DNA of 38,582 nt from Sandaracinaceae bacterium (GCA_044220955.1 JBGAQA010000064.1:1-38582); one strand, 5' to 3'; shown: positions 1 through 8,827, numbered from the stretch's first letter. Made by a program: numbers and translations. The notes: generated from the sequence alone by a model not told the origin.

Positions 1-2
1 TC

Positions 3-164
3 AGCAACGGCGCGGGCCAGCACTTCTTCGCCGGCAAGACGATCCAGCTCAACGATTTCTTGCGCCGCGGCCTGCTGCATTTCGACATCGCGGGCAACAT
101 TCCGGCGGGATCGCGCATCGACGCGGTGACGCTGCAGCTCACCTGCTCCGCGCCCTCGCAATGA
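3..164 (+). other. Truncated DNRLRE-like domain coding fragment at the window edge (possible chimeric junction)
   Basis: Frame +3 reads SNGAGQHFFAGKTIQLNDFLRRGLLHFDIAGNIPAGSRIDAVTLQLTCSAPSQ*, resembling the RxLLxFD..IPxGxxIxxVTLxL pattern of DNRLRE domains. It stops abruptly and overlaps an opposite-strand lipoprotein frame. Confidence 0.45.
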
Positions 165-333
165 TCGGCCATCGTCAGCGGGTTGCACGCGCCGACGACG
201 GAGTCCGAGCCGAAGAGCGGATCGAAGCAGCAGCTGGCGAGGCCGAGCCCGACGGAGAGCGCGAGCGCGCGCAGGATCGCGCCCGCGAGCAGGCCCCCAT
301 CCCGCCCCCGAGCACGATCGCGCGCCGCCGCAT
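130..333 (-). pseudogene. Cys-rich lipoprotein 5' part with an apparent 1-nt frameshift in a G run
   Basis: ATG 333 overlaps the TGA of the upstream ORF (TGATG) and reads MRRRAIVLGGGMG. One extra G in the run at 294-298 (or 305-309) continues into GLLAGAILRALALSVGLGLASCCFDPLFGSDSVVGACNPLTMADHCEGAEQVSC, with lipobox LASC. Confidence 0.4.
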
Positions 334-599
334 CAGAACCCCGCCGGCAGGCACGCGCGCTCGGTCGTGATCGACGAGTGCGGCCGGATGCAGTCGTAGG
401 CCTCCGCCGTCCGGCAAGCGGCGCCTCCCGCGCTGCCCGCGCAGGCAGCCGCGCAGAACGCCGCGCCCGTCGGCATCGAGCCCAGGACGCACACGCCGCC
501 GGCGGGACAGCCGCGGACGATCCCCGAGCACGGCACCGTGCGAGCGACGCCGGTGCGCGATCCATGGGGCGATGGTATCGCGAACGGCGTCGGCACCAC
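333..599 (-). CDS. Small Cys-rich hypothetical protein (possibly a fragment)
   Basis: 88-aa ORF with 8 Cys (CPAGGVC, FCAAAC, CLPAG), in the style of myxobacterial disulfide-rich modules; no signal peptide seen. Confidence 0.4.
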   Translation of the reverse strand: MVPTPFAIPSPHGSRTGVARTVPCSGIVRGCPAGGVCVLGSMPTGAAFCAAACAGSAGGAACRTAEAYDCIRPHSSITTERACLPAGF

Positions 600-608
600 G
601 AGTGCCCC

Positions 609-656
609 CTCGCTCTCGCTCTCGCTCTCGCTCTCGCTCTCGCTCTCGCTCTCGCT
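609..656. repeat. Perfect hexanucleotide tandem repeat (CTCGCT)8
   Basis: Eight exact copies read directly, starting 1 nt after the stop codon of the minus-strand S9 peptidase. Confidence 0.97.
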
Positions 657-657
657 G

Positions 658-2694
658 CTACGGCGTGAGCCCGAGGTGCCGCTCGAGGAACATCACGGTG
701 AGCTCGGTGAACGTATCGCGGTTCTCCTTGCGGATGAAGCCGTGTCCCTCGTTCCGCGCGAGCATGTACCAGACGTCGTGCCCCTGCTCTCGCACCGCGT
801 GCACGATCTGCTCCGCCTCGCTGACGGGCACGCGCGGATCGTTGGCGCCGTGCGCGACGAAGAGCGCCGCCTGGATGCGCTCGACGTGCGTGATCGGCGA
901 GATCTCGGTGAGCGTCGCGCGCATCGCGGCGTCCGACTCGTCGCCGTACTCGACCCGCCGCAGATCACGCCGGTACGCGGCCGTGTTCTCGAGGAACGTC
1001 ACGAAGTTCGCGATGCCGACGATCTCCACGCCGGCCCGCAGACGATCGGAGAAGTGCGTGAGCGACGCGAGCACCATGTAGCCGCCGTAGCTGCCGCCGT
1101 GGACCGCGACGCGCGAGGCGTCGAGCTCGTGCTGCGCGCCGACCCAGTCGAGCAGCGAGCCGATGTCGCGCACCGTGTCCTCGCGCCGCGCCCCGTCGTC
1201 GAGCGCGAGGTAGTCGCGGCCGTACCCATCGGAGCCGCGGACGTTCGGGGCGAGGACCGCCACGTGCTCCTCGATCACGAGGTACTGCACCAGCGGCGAG
1301 AACCAGGGCCGCGCCTGGGCCTCGGGGCCACCGTGGATGCTCACCACCACGGGGAACGGGCCCTCGCCCTCGGGCCTGTAGAAGAAGCACGGGATCGAGC
1401 GTCCGTCGAAGCTCGTGTAGTGGACCAGCGTCGGCTCGACGAAGCGCGCCGGATCGAGGCCACCCATCTCGCTCTCCGTCCAGCGCGTCACGGCCCGGCG
1501 CCGCACGTCGTAGGTGTACGCGTCGCCCGAGAGCGCCGCGCCCGTGACGGTGAAGGCCACCACCGGCGCGTGCCGCGCGAAGCGGAGGCCCGTGATCACG
1601 CCCGCCGGGATCCCGCGGACGTCGGTCGTGCGCAGCGAGCGCAGGTCGATCGTGCGCAGCACGCTGACGCCGTCCTCGTTCAGCGTGTAGGCGAGCGTGC
1701 GGCCGTCCGGCGAGAGCGCGAGCTCCTCCACGTTCCACGCGACGTCGCCGCTGAGCGGGGTGATCGTGTCGGGGCGCGCGTTGGCGAGCACGAGGTCCGA
1801 GATGCGGAAGTCGTAGAGCTGCACGAACTGGCCGCCCCGGTCGGACGCGAAGAACACGTGGTTCCCGGTGGCGTCGAACACCGCGGCGCGGTCCGCCTGC
1901 GGCTGCGCGGGCGAGAGCGGGATGATGTTTCGCGTCGCGACGTCGACGACGTAGAGGCGCTGCTGCGCGATCGAGACGAACTCCTGGATCAGCAGGCGCG
2001 AGCCGTCGCGCGTGAAGTCGAGCAAGTGCCAGTCGCCCGAGCGCTCGAGGAAGAGCTCGCCCGGGCCCTGCCCGTCGCTCATCCAGATGTCCATGTCGGT
2101 GCCGTTGCGCGCGTTCGACACGTACGCGAGCCGCGAGCCGTCGCGCGACCAGAGGAACTCCATCTGCCGGTGCGTGCCGTCGGTGATCAGCGTCGAGCGG
2201 CCAGTGCCGAGATCGAAGCGGTAGAGCTGGTAGTTCTCGTTCCCACCCACGTCGGACTGCACGAGGACGGCCGAGTCGTCGCCCGGCACGAACGAGGCGC
2301 CGAGGACCGGCTCGTCGCCGAACGTCACCTGGTGGCGATCGCCGAGCGGGCTCGCGATGCGGTGTACCTGCGCGGTGTTCGCGAAGCGCGTCGTGACGAG
2401 CAGCGCCTCGCCGTCGTCCGAGACGTCCTGCACCGTCGCCGTGCGCGTCTCGAGGTACTGCTGCAGGCGTGCGTGCAGCGCGGGCGGGATCTCCGGCGTG
2501 CCGTCGAGGACCACGTCGGGCTGCGCGCTGGCATCGCCCGTCGTGGCGCCCGGGCCGGCGGCCGTGGTCACGGGCGGCGGAGCGGGGGACGCGGGCGGGG
2601 GCTCCACGCACGACGACTGCTGCGACGCCGCAGCTCCGCAGCCGGTCAGGACCGAGAGCACGAGGGAGGCGAGCGCGTTCGAGCGGGCGGACAT
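658..2694 (-). CDS. S9 family (prolyl oligopeptidase / dipeptidyl aminopeptidase) lipoprotein
   Basis: Lipobox VLTGC, beta-propeller-like N-terminal region, IHGGPE, NVRGSDGYG, nucleophile GGSYGG, HGANDPRV (Asp), EGHGF (His). Confidence 0.93.
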   Translation of the reverse strand: MSARSNALASLVLSVLTGCGAAASQQSSCVEPPPASPAPPPVTTAAGPGATTGDASAQPDVVLDGTPEIPPALHARLQQYLETRTATVQDVSDDGEALLVTTRFANTAQVHRIASPLGDRHQVTFGDEPVLGASFVPGDDSAVLVQSDVGGNENYQLYRFDLGTGRSTLITDGTHRQMEFLWSRDGSRLAYVSNARNGTDMDIWMSDGQGPGELFLERSGDWHLLDFTRDGSRLLIQEFVSIAQQRLYVVDVATRNIIPLSPAQPQADRAAVFDATGNHVFFASDRGGQFVQLYDFRISDLVLANARPDTITPLSGDVAWNVEELALSPDGRTLAYTLNEDGVSVLRTIDLRSLRTTDVRGIPAGVITGLRFARHAPVVAFTVTGAALSGDAYTYDVRRRAVTRWTESEMGGLDPARFVEPTLVHYTSFDGRSIPCFFYRPEGEGPFPVVVSIHGGPEAQARPWFSPLVQYLVIEEHVAVLAPNVRGSDGYGRDYLALDDGARREDTVRDIGSLLDWVGAQHELDASRVAVHGGSYGGYMVLASLTHFSDRLRAGVEIVGIANFVTFLENTAAYRRDLRRVEYGDESDAAMRATLTEISPITHVERIQAALFVAHGANDPRVPVSEAEQIVHAVREQGHDVWYMLARNEGHGFIRKENRDTFTELTVMFLERHLGLTP

Positions 2695-2781
2695 GCGGCG
2701 CGAGCCTACACGTTCCGGGGCGGCGAGTTATCGCACGGCGTCCCGGGCCTCCGGTGATGACCCGCGTGAGACGCTCTCGCG

Positions 2782-3918
2782 ATGCGCGCCTGGGCCCTCT
2801 CGTCGATCGTGCTCGCCGTGGCCGGATGCACCGTGCCCTCGAGCGAGGATCCTTGCGAGGGCGTGACGTGCGTGGCGTCGCTGCCTGCGGTGATCGATGG
2901 CACGACCCGCGGGAGCGCGCGCTCGCAGCTCGACACCTACGCGTGCGATCCGGGCACGCCGCTCGGTGGTGCCGAGACGGTCTACCGCGTGACGCTCCCC
3001 GAGGCCGGCTTCCTGGCCGCCGCCCGCACCGACGGCGCTGCGCCCGGCCACACGTCGGTCCGCCTGCTCCGCTCGCTGGACGCCGCGGACTGCCTCGACG
3101 CGCACGCGACGCGCGTCGGCGCGCTGCTGCCCGCGGGTGACGCGTACGTGGTCATCGACTCCGCGCCCGGTGACGAGGGTGACTTCTCGCTTCACGTCGC
3201 GCTGACCACCACCGCCTCGCTCGAGGCGCTCGGCATCGCACACGACGCGGCAGCCGACGCCCTGACCGCCCTCGGGCACGCGTGGGCCTGGGGCGCGACG
3301 CGACGCCACGAGTACGCCGTGATCGACTTCACCCTGCACTCCGCGATGGAGCGCGAGTGGATCGTCGACCTCTCGACGGGCGAGCTCCTGTGGAGCCTCC
3401 GCGTCGCGCACGGGCGCGGCTCGAGCGACCCCGCCGATCTCGCGCACGCCACGACGTTCTCGAACCTGGACGGCAGCCACCAGTCGAGCCTCGGCCTCTA
3501 TCGCTCGAGCGGGACCTACGTCGGCACCTACGGGCCTTCGTTCCGCCTCGAGGGGCTCGAGCCCGGCTTCAACGACGCCGTCTGTGCGCGCGACATCGTC
3601 ATGCACCCGTGGGCGCCGGTCGGCGACGAGTACGTCGGGCGGTGTGGCTGGGCGCGGCCGAGCTTCGGCTGCCCCGCGATCGACGCCACGCTCGCGATGC
3701 CCGTGCGCGACCGGCTCGCGCGCCCCGACGGCGCGAGCCCCGAGGAAGGCGTGCTCCATTTCGTGTGGTATCCGGACCAATCCTGGCACCCCGGCTCGGA
3801 GTACCTGCACGCCGACGCGCCCTCCGCCGCGCTGCGCGCACAGCTCTCGGTGGTGTGCGACTCGAGCCAGGACGGCACGCCCACGCCGCCCGCCTCGGGA
3901 GACTATCCGTGTGATTGA
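2782..3918 (+). CDS. Lipoprotein with murein L,D-transpeptidase (YkuD_2-type) catalytic domain and N-terminal PPC-like domain
   Basis: Lipobox VAGC; VIDFT...WIVDL...VAHGRGS, FSN..GSHQSSLG, LEGLEPGFND, IVMH...RPSFGCPAI (His/Cys catalytic motif). Confidence 0.85.
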   Translation: MRAWALSSIVLAVAGCTVPSSEDPCEGVTCVASLPAVIDGTTRGSARSQLDTYACDPGTPLGGAETVYRVTLPEAGFLAAARTDGAAPGHTSVRLLRSLDAADCLDAHATRVGALLPAGDAYVVIDSAPGDEGDFSLHVALTTTASLEALGIAHDAAADALTALGHAWAWGATRRHEYAVIDFTLHSAMEREWIVDLSTGELLWSLRVAHGRGSSDPADLAHATTFSNLDGSHQSSLGLYRSSGTYVGTYGPSFRLEGLEPGFNDAVCARDIVMHPWAPVGDEYVGRCGWARPSFGCPAIDATLAMPVRDRLARPDGASPEEGVLHFVWYPDQSWHPGSEYLHADAPSAALRAQLSVVCDSSQDGTPTPPASGDYPCD

Positions 3919-3921
3919 GCG

Positions 3922-5136
3922 CTATGCGCGGCGGATCACGACGGCGCTGACGTTGCCGTAGTAGCCGACGGCCGTCACGACGACGATCTTCGTGTCCTTC
4001 CGGACGCGACCCTGCACGAGCGGCGCGACCCTCATCGCGCGCTCCGGATCGGTCGAGACCCACGACGTGGCCGCCGCCATGCCCATCGCCGGCCCACCCG
4101 CGAACGCCTCGCCCCAGATCGACTTCGGCGCCGCGACCGCGACGTCGGATCCGAGCACCTGCTCGATCGCGTGCAGCTCGGCGACGTCGTAGCGCGCCAG
4201 GCCCGAGCAGCTCGCGCAGACCGCGTCGACCTGCGCCGGCGCGACGCCCGCGTCGTCGAGGGCCAGCCGGATGGCGCGCGACACCGCGACGGGCGACGCG
4301 TTCAGGAGGAGCGCGTCGTTCTGCGGTGGCTCGAACGCGGTGCCGTACCCGGCGATCAGCGCGCGCACGTGCGCTCCGCGCGCGTACGCCTCGTCCCGCC
4401 GCTCGACGCAGAGGTAGGCGACGCCCTCGCCGAGGTGGATGCCCGTCGAGTCCGCCGACGCGGGCTCCCAGCAGGCGTCCGCCTCGGCGACCGCCTCGAG
4501 CTTGCTGAAGGCGACGTAGAGCGGCTCGCTCAGCACGTCGCCGCCGCCGACGAGGAACGCGTCGGCGCGCCGGTGGGCCAGGTGCGTCTCGCACGTGAGC
4601 ACCGCGTCGAGCGCGCCGCAGTTGCCGTCCACGACCGTGGCGTTGGGCGCGCGCAGATCCTCCCAGATGCTCACGTACCCGGCGGCCGCGTTGATCACCG
4701 TGTTCGGGAAGCGCGCCGGGTTGATGTAGCGAGGGTCCTCGAGCTCCGCGACGAGGTTCAGCTCGGTGATCGAGTCGAGCGAGCCGTAGGCCGTGGACGA
4801 GCACACGCCGACCTGCTCGGGCTTCAGCGGCCCGGTCCAGGCGCCGTTCTTCTTGAGCCCCGCGTCCTCGAGCGCGCGCTTGGCCGCGACGATGAGCAGC
4901 TTGGTGAGGCGATCGAAATTGCGGTGCCCCTTCTCGCCGAGGTGCGCGCTCGCATCGAACCCGGCCACCTCGGCGACGCGGGCGCCCGGCAGCTTCTCGA
5001 GGGGTAGCGCCGTCACCGGTCCGCCGAACGCGCGGGCCCGCGCCGCGGCGGGATCCTCGAACGCCGCGCGCATCCCCGCGAGGTCGAGCCCGACCGGCGT
5101 GACGAACCCGACCCCCGTGATCGCGAGCGGTCTCAT
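3922..5136 (-). CDS. Beta-ketoacyl synthase-fold protein lacking the catalytic triad (chain-length-factor-like)
   Basis: ITGVGFVTPVG, FPNTVINAAAG, LGEG, GYG and the C-terminal strand match FabF. The Cys site reads DGNCG (Asn at the aligned Cys position), and the His sites read CASCSG and KSIWGE. Start chosen at ATG 5136. Confidence 0.85.
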   Translation of the reverse strand: MRPLAITGVGFVTPVGLDLAGMRAAFEDPAAARARAFGGPVTALPLEKLPGARVAEVAGFDASAHLGEKGHRNFDRLTKLLIVAAKRALEDAGLKKNGAWTGPLKPEQVGVCSSTAYGSLDSITELNLVAELEDPRYINPARFPNTVINAAAGYVSIWEDLRAPNATVVDGNCGALDAVLTCETHLAHRRADAFLVGGGDVLSEPLYVAFSKLEAVAEADACWEPASADSTGIHLGEGVAYLCVERRDEAYARGAHVRALIAGYGTAFEPPQNDALLLNASPVAVSRAIRLALDDAGVAPAQVDAVCASCSGLARYDVAELHAIEQVLGSDVAVAAPKSIWGEAFAGGPAMGMAAATSWVSTDPERAMRVAPLVQGRVRKDTKIVVVTAVGYYGNVSAVVIRRA

Positions 5137-5193
5137 CCGAGAAGGCGCTCTGCGTAACACGCGGGCGCGACGCGCGGAAGCGGAGCCCTCACG

Positions 5194-6921
5194 TCAGAGC
5201 CCGCGGCCGAGCGCCCGGCTCGCGCCGAGCTCCTCGGCGGCCTCGCTCGGGAACGGGAACCAGCGCAGGTCCTCGAAGTCGTCCGACACGTGCGGCTCGG
5301 GCTCGCGCGCCGCGCCGAGCTCGTCGCCCGCGGCCTGGACGAGCTTGCGACCCTCCTCGATGTAGCCCGGCAGGACCCACTCGGGCTCCGTCGCGTGGCG
5401 CGAGCGGTACTCGAGCTTGCCGGACGTGTAGCGCACGTCGTCGAGCGTCATCAGCGGGAGCGTGGGCATGCGCCGGTGCGTCCAGCGACCGCTCTCGGCG
5501 TGGAACTCGTACTGGGGCAGCAGGCGCCAGCCGTCCCGCGCCACGATCTCGACCGCGTCGAGCACGTACTCGAACACGGTCTCGCTGATGAAGTAGTTGA
5601 AGTTCACGCGCACCCAGCCGGGCTTGATGCCCTCGCAGCCCCGCATGATCTCGCGCTCGAAGGAGCGGCTTCGCTCGAGGTCGATGCCGAGCAGGCGGTG
5701 GCCGTAGGGGCCGGCGCACGAGCAGCCCGCGCGCGCTTGCACGCCGAAGAGGTCGTTCAGCAGCTGCGCGACGAAGTTGTGGTGCACGTAGCGCTTGCCG
5801 TGGCGCACGACGAACGAGACGATCGAGAGGCGATCGGCGTCCGGATTGCCGAGGATCTCGAGGTTCTCGACCTTCTGCCAGCGCGCGATCGCGCGGCGGA
5901 TGAAGTGCTCCTCGCGCGCGCGGATCGCGCTCACGCCGACCGCCTGCTTGAGCTGGAACACGAGGCCCGCGCGGATCGACTCCACGATCGCCGGCGTGCC
6001 GCCCTCCTCGCGGTGCTCGACGACGTCGTCGTAGCGGTGCTCGACCTCGTTGACGTACTTCACCGTGCCACCGCCCGGCATCGCGGGGACGTGGTTCTTG
6101 AAGAGCGCGCGCTTGGCGACCAGCACACCCGGCGTTCCGGGCCCGCCGATGAACTTGTGCGGGGAGAGGAAGATCGCGTCCTTGTACGCGAGCGGATCCG
6201 AGGCGGGCGCGCGCATCGAGATCTCGACGTAGGGCGCGGCGGCCGCGTAGTCCCAGAACGAGAGCGCGCCGTGCCGGTGCAGGAGCGAGGCGACGGCGCG
6301 CGTGTCGGTCGCGATGCCGGTGACGTTCGACGCGGCCGAGAAGCTGCCGATCTTCAGCGGCCGCGCGGCGTACTTCGCGAGCTCGGCCTCGAGCTGCGCG
6401 AGGTCGACGTGACCGTCGGCGTCCTCGCGGATGACGACGACGTCGGCGATCGACTCGCGCCACGGCAGCTCGTTCGAGTGGTGCTCGTAGGGGCCGATGA
6501 AGACCACGGGCCGCGCGTCCGCCGGGATCCGCTCGCTCAGCTTCCACTGGCGGTCGAGATCTCCGGGGATGACGAGGTTCAGCACGTCGACGAGCTTGTG
6601 GATCGCGGAGGTGGCGCCCGATCCGCAGAACACCACCGCGTCGCCCTCGTCCGCGCCGCACGCCTCTGCGATGATCCGGCGCGCGTCCTCCCGAAAGCGT
6701 GTGGTCTGCAGCCCCGTGCCGCTCGACTCCGTGTGGGTGTTCGCGTAGCGCGGGAGCACCTCGGCCCGGAGGAAGTCCTCGATGAACCCGAGGGAGCGCC
6801 CCGAGGCGGTGTAGTCGGCGTAGGTCACCCGGCGGGGCCCGAAGGGGCCGGAGATCACCTCGTCGTCGCCGATGATGCCGGTCCGGACCGTCTCGATCAG
6901 CCGCTGGGTCCGCTCGTCCAT
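5194..6921 (-). CDS. Aminotransferase class V-fold PLP enzyme (cysteine desulfurase-like)
   Basis: YADYTASGR, YANTHT, EHHSNELPW, SAASNVTG, WDYAA, SPHKF (PLP Lys), EEGGTP, RAGCSCAGPY. Start at ATG 6921. Confidence 0.9.
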   Translation of the reverse strand: MDERTQRLIETVRTGIIGDDEVISGPFGPRRVTYADYTASGRSLGFIEDFLRAEVLPRYANTHTESSGTGLQTTRFREDARRIIAEACGADEGDAVVFCGSGATSAIHKLVDVLNLVIPGDLDRQWKLSERIPADARPVVFIGPYEHHSNELPWRESIADVVVIREDADGHVDLAQLEAELAKYAARPLKIGSFSAASNVTGIATDTRAVASLLHRHGALSFWDYAAAAPYVEISMRAPASDPLAYKDAIFLSPHKFIGGPGTPGVLVAKRALFKNHVPAMPGGGTVKYVNEVEHRYDDVVEHREEGGTPAIVESIRAGLVFQLKQAVGVSAIRAREEHFIRRAIARWQKVENLEILGNPDADRLSIVSFVVRHGKRYVHHNFVAQLLNDLFGVQARAGCSCAGPYGHRLLGIDLERSRSFEREIMRGCEGIKPGWVRVNFNYFISETVFEYVLDAVEIVARDGWRLLPQYEFHAESGRWTHRRMPTLPLMTLDDVRYTSGKLEYRSRHATEPEWVLPGYIEEGRKLVQAAGDELGAAREPEPHVSDDFEDLRWFPFPSEAAEELGASRALGRGL

Positions 6922-6968
6922 CGCCCCGTTCTGTCGGTCTCTCGCCCGGAGCGCCACCCCCCCGAGTG

Positions 6969-7028
6969 CGCAGCGAACGCGGCGTCACGCGGCTGACGCG
7001 TCGCGTCAGGGTGACACGCCCCGCTGCG
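6969..7028. promoter_or_regulatory. Nested inverted repeat in a divergent intergenic region (candidate TF/EBP binding site or hairpin)
   Basis: CTGACGCG-T-CGCGTCAG (6993-7009), flanked by GTCAC/GTGAC and CGCAGCG/CGCTGCG arms. Confidence 0.5.
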
Positions 7029-7122
7029 AAAGTGGCGCGTGCCGTTGCCAGTTCGACGCAGGTCCAGAACTTCCACGACCGAGAAACGTCGATATTTCAA
7101 GAGAACGATGAAATGTCAGACC

Positions 7123-7138
7123 AGGCACGCGCGTTGCT
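7123..7138 (+). promoter_or_regulatory. Putative sigma-54 (-24/-12) promoter
   Basis: AGGCACG-CGCG-TTGCT versus consensus TGGCACG-N4-TTGCW; GG (7124-7125) and GC (7136-7137) are separated by the canonical 10 nt. Confidence 0.6.
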
Positions 7139-7159
7139 AGGTCGGAGGCGAGCGAGTCC

Positions 7160-7555
7160 ATGGGTCCCCTGAGCCACAGCACGTTGATCATCGTCGAGGC
7201 CGGCGCGAGCGGCGCCGGGTTGACGGGCCGCGTGCTCGGTCAGGCCGACGGGGAGAGCATCCCCGGCTTCGTCGCCCGGGTTCGCGGTGCCGTCGCCCAG
7301 GATGCGGGCCTGCAGCGGGTCGTGCTTGTCGCCGGCGGGGTCCACGACTTCGCGCGCATCGCGGCCCGGGCCGACATCGCGCGGACGGCGGCGCAGTGCG
7401 TGGCGGCTGGCGGCGGCGGAAGCCTGGTCCTCGCGTCGTCGGACGTGCGCGGCGAGCTGGCCCAGCGCGCCCTGGGCGAGATCCTCCGCGAGCAGCTCGG
7501 CTCGAGCGTCCGCGTGTCGATCGCCGCGTTCGACGCCAGCGCGATCGCCGCCTGA
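7160..7555 (+). CDS. Hypothetical protein (131 aa, alpha/beta-like)
   Basis: GGAGG at 7145-7149 upstream, GC3-biased codons, fills the gap before serA. Confidence 0.7.
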   Translation: MGPLSHSTLIIVEAGASGAGLTGRVLGQADGESIPGFVARVRGAVAQDAGLQRVVLVAGGVHDFARIAARADIARTAAQCVAAGGGGSLVLASSDVRGELAQRALGEILREQLGSSVRVSIAAFDASAIAA

Positions 7556-7615
7556 CGCTCGCCGCGGGCGCGCCGGCCTGGCGTCCTGCGCCCGATTCGC
7601 TATAGGGCGCGCGTC

Positions 7616-8827
7616 ATGAGCGGACGCATCCTCCTCCTCGAGAACATCCACGCAGGCGCGAAGAAGAACCTCGAGGCCGAGGGCTTCGAGGTCGAGCTGC
7701 TCCCCAAGGCGCTGCCGGAGGCGGAGCTGGTGAAGGCCGTGCAGGGCTGCGTGGCCCTCGGCATCCGGAGCAAGACGCAGATCACGAAGAAGGTCGTCGA
7801 GGCGGCGCGCGGCTCGGTGCGTGTTTTCGGTGCCTTTTGCATCGGCACCAACCAGATCGCGATCGACGAGGCCACGAAGGCCGGGATCCCGGTGTTCAAC
7901 GCGCCCTTCTCGAACACGCGCAGCGTCGCCGAGATGATCCTCGCCGAGATCGTCATGCTCTCGCGCCGCCTCGGCGACCGGAACCGCGAGATGCACCGCG
8001 GCGTGTGGACCAAGAGCGCCGTCGGCTCGAACGAGGTGCGCGGCAAGACGCTCGGGATCGTCGGCTACGGCCACATCGGGCGGCAGATCGGTGTGCTCGC
8101 CGAGTCGATGGGCATGCAGGTGATCTTCCACGACATCGCGGCGCGCCTGCCGATGGGCAACAACCGATCGGCGGGCAAGCTCGACACGCTCCTCGGCGAG
8201 GCCGACTTCGTGACGCTGCACGTCCCCGAGACGCGCGAGACGAAGGACATGATCGGCGAGGCCGAGCTCGCCAAGATGAAGCGGGGCGCGTTCCTGCTCA
8301 ACGCGAGCCGGGGGACGGTCGTGGTGATCCCGGCCCTGGCCGCGGCGCTCAGGTCCGGGCACCTCGGCGGGGCCGCCGTGGACGTGTTCCCGGTCGAGCC
8401 CGAGGGAAACGACACGCCCTTCGTGAGCGAGCTACAGGAGCTGCCGAACGTGGTCCTGACGCCACACATCGGCGGCTCCACGTCCGAAGCGCAGGTCGCG
8501 ATCGGCCAGGAAGTGTCGGAGGCGCTGATCAAGTTCCTCTCGGCCGGCACGACGACCGGGTCGGTGAGCTTCCCGCCGGCGGAGATGCCCAGGCGAGAGG
8601 GCGTGCACCGGATCGCGCACGTCCATCGCAACGTTCCCGGCGTCCTGCGCGACGTGAACCGGATCGTCTCGGAGGCCGAGGCGAACGTCGTGGCGCAAGT
8701 GCTCGCGACCGATCCCGCGATCGGCTATCTGCTCATGGACCTCGAGGACGACCGCAAGGCCTCGTCGGCGCTCGTCGACAAGATGCGCGCGCTCGACACG
8801 ACGATCAGCGCGACGTTCCTGTACTGA
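7616..8827 (+). CDS. serA: D-3-phosphoglycerate dehydrogenase with C-terminal ACT domain
   Basis: GIRSKT, FCIGTNQ, NAPFSNTRSVAE, GIVGYGHIG, LLNASRG, LTPHIGGST, HRNVPGVL; E. coli-type SerA. Confidence 0.96.
   Translation: MSGRILLLENIHAGAKKNLEAEGFEVELLPKALPEAELVKAVQGCVALGIRSKTQITKKVVEAARGSVRVFGAFCIGTNQIAIDEATKAGIPVFNAPFSNTRSVAEMILAEIVMLSRRLGDRNREMHRGVWTKSAVGSNEVRGKTLGIVGYGHIGRQIGVLAESMGMQVIFHDIAARLPMGNNRSAGKLDTLLGEADFVTLHVPETRETKDMIGEAELAKMKRGAFLLNASRGTVVVIPALAAALRSGHLGGAAVDVFPVEPEGNDTPFVSELQELPNVVLTPHIGGSTSEAQVAIGQEVSEALIKFLSAGTTTGSVSFPPAEMPRREGVHRIAHVHRNVPGVLRDVNRIVSEAEANVVAQVLATDPAIGYLLMDLEDDRKASSALVDKMRALDTTISATFLY

Noticed and set aside
538..2757. Long + strand ORF (739 aa) and similar long ORFs such as 5290-6996, 9800-13471, 24908-27379, 29393-31042 and 31407-33734
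   Set aside because: Antisense or off-frame shadows of well-supported genes; Arg/Ala/Gly-rich with no motifs, as expected at this GC content.
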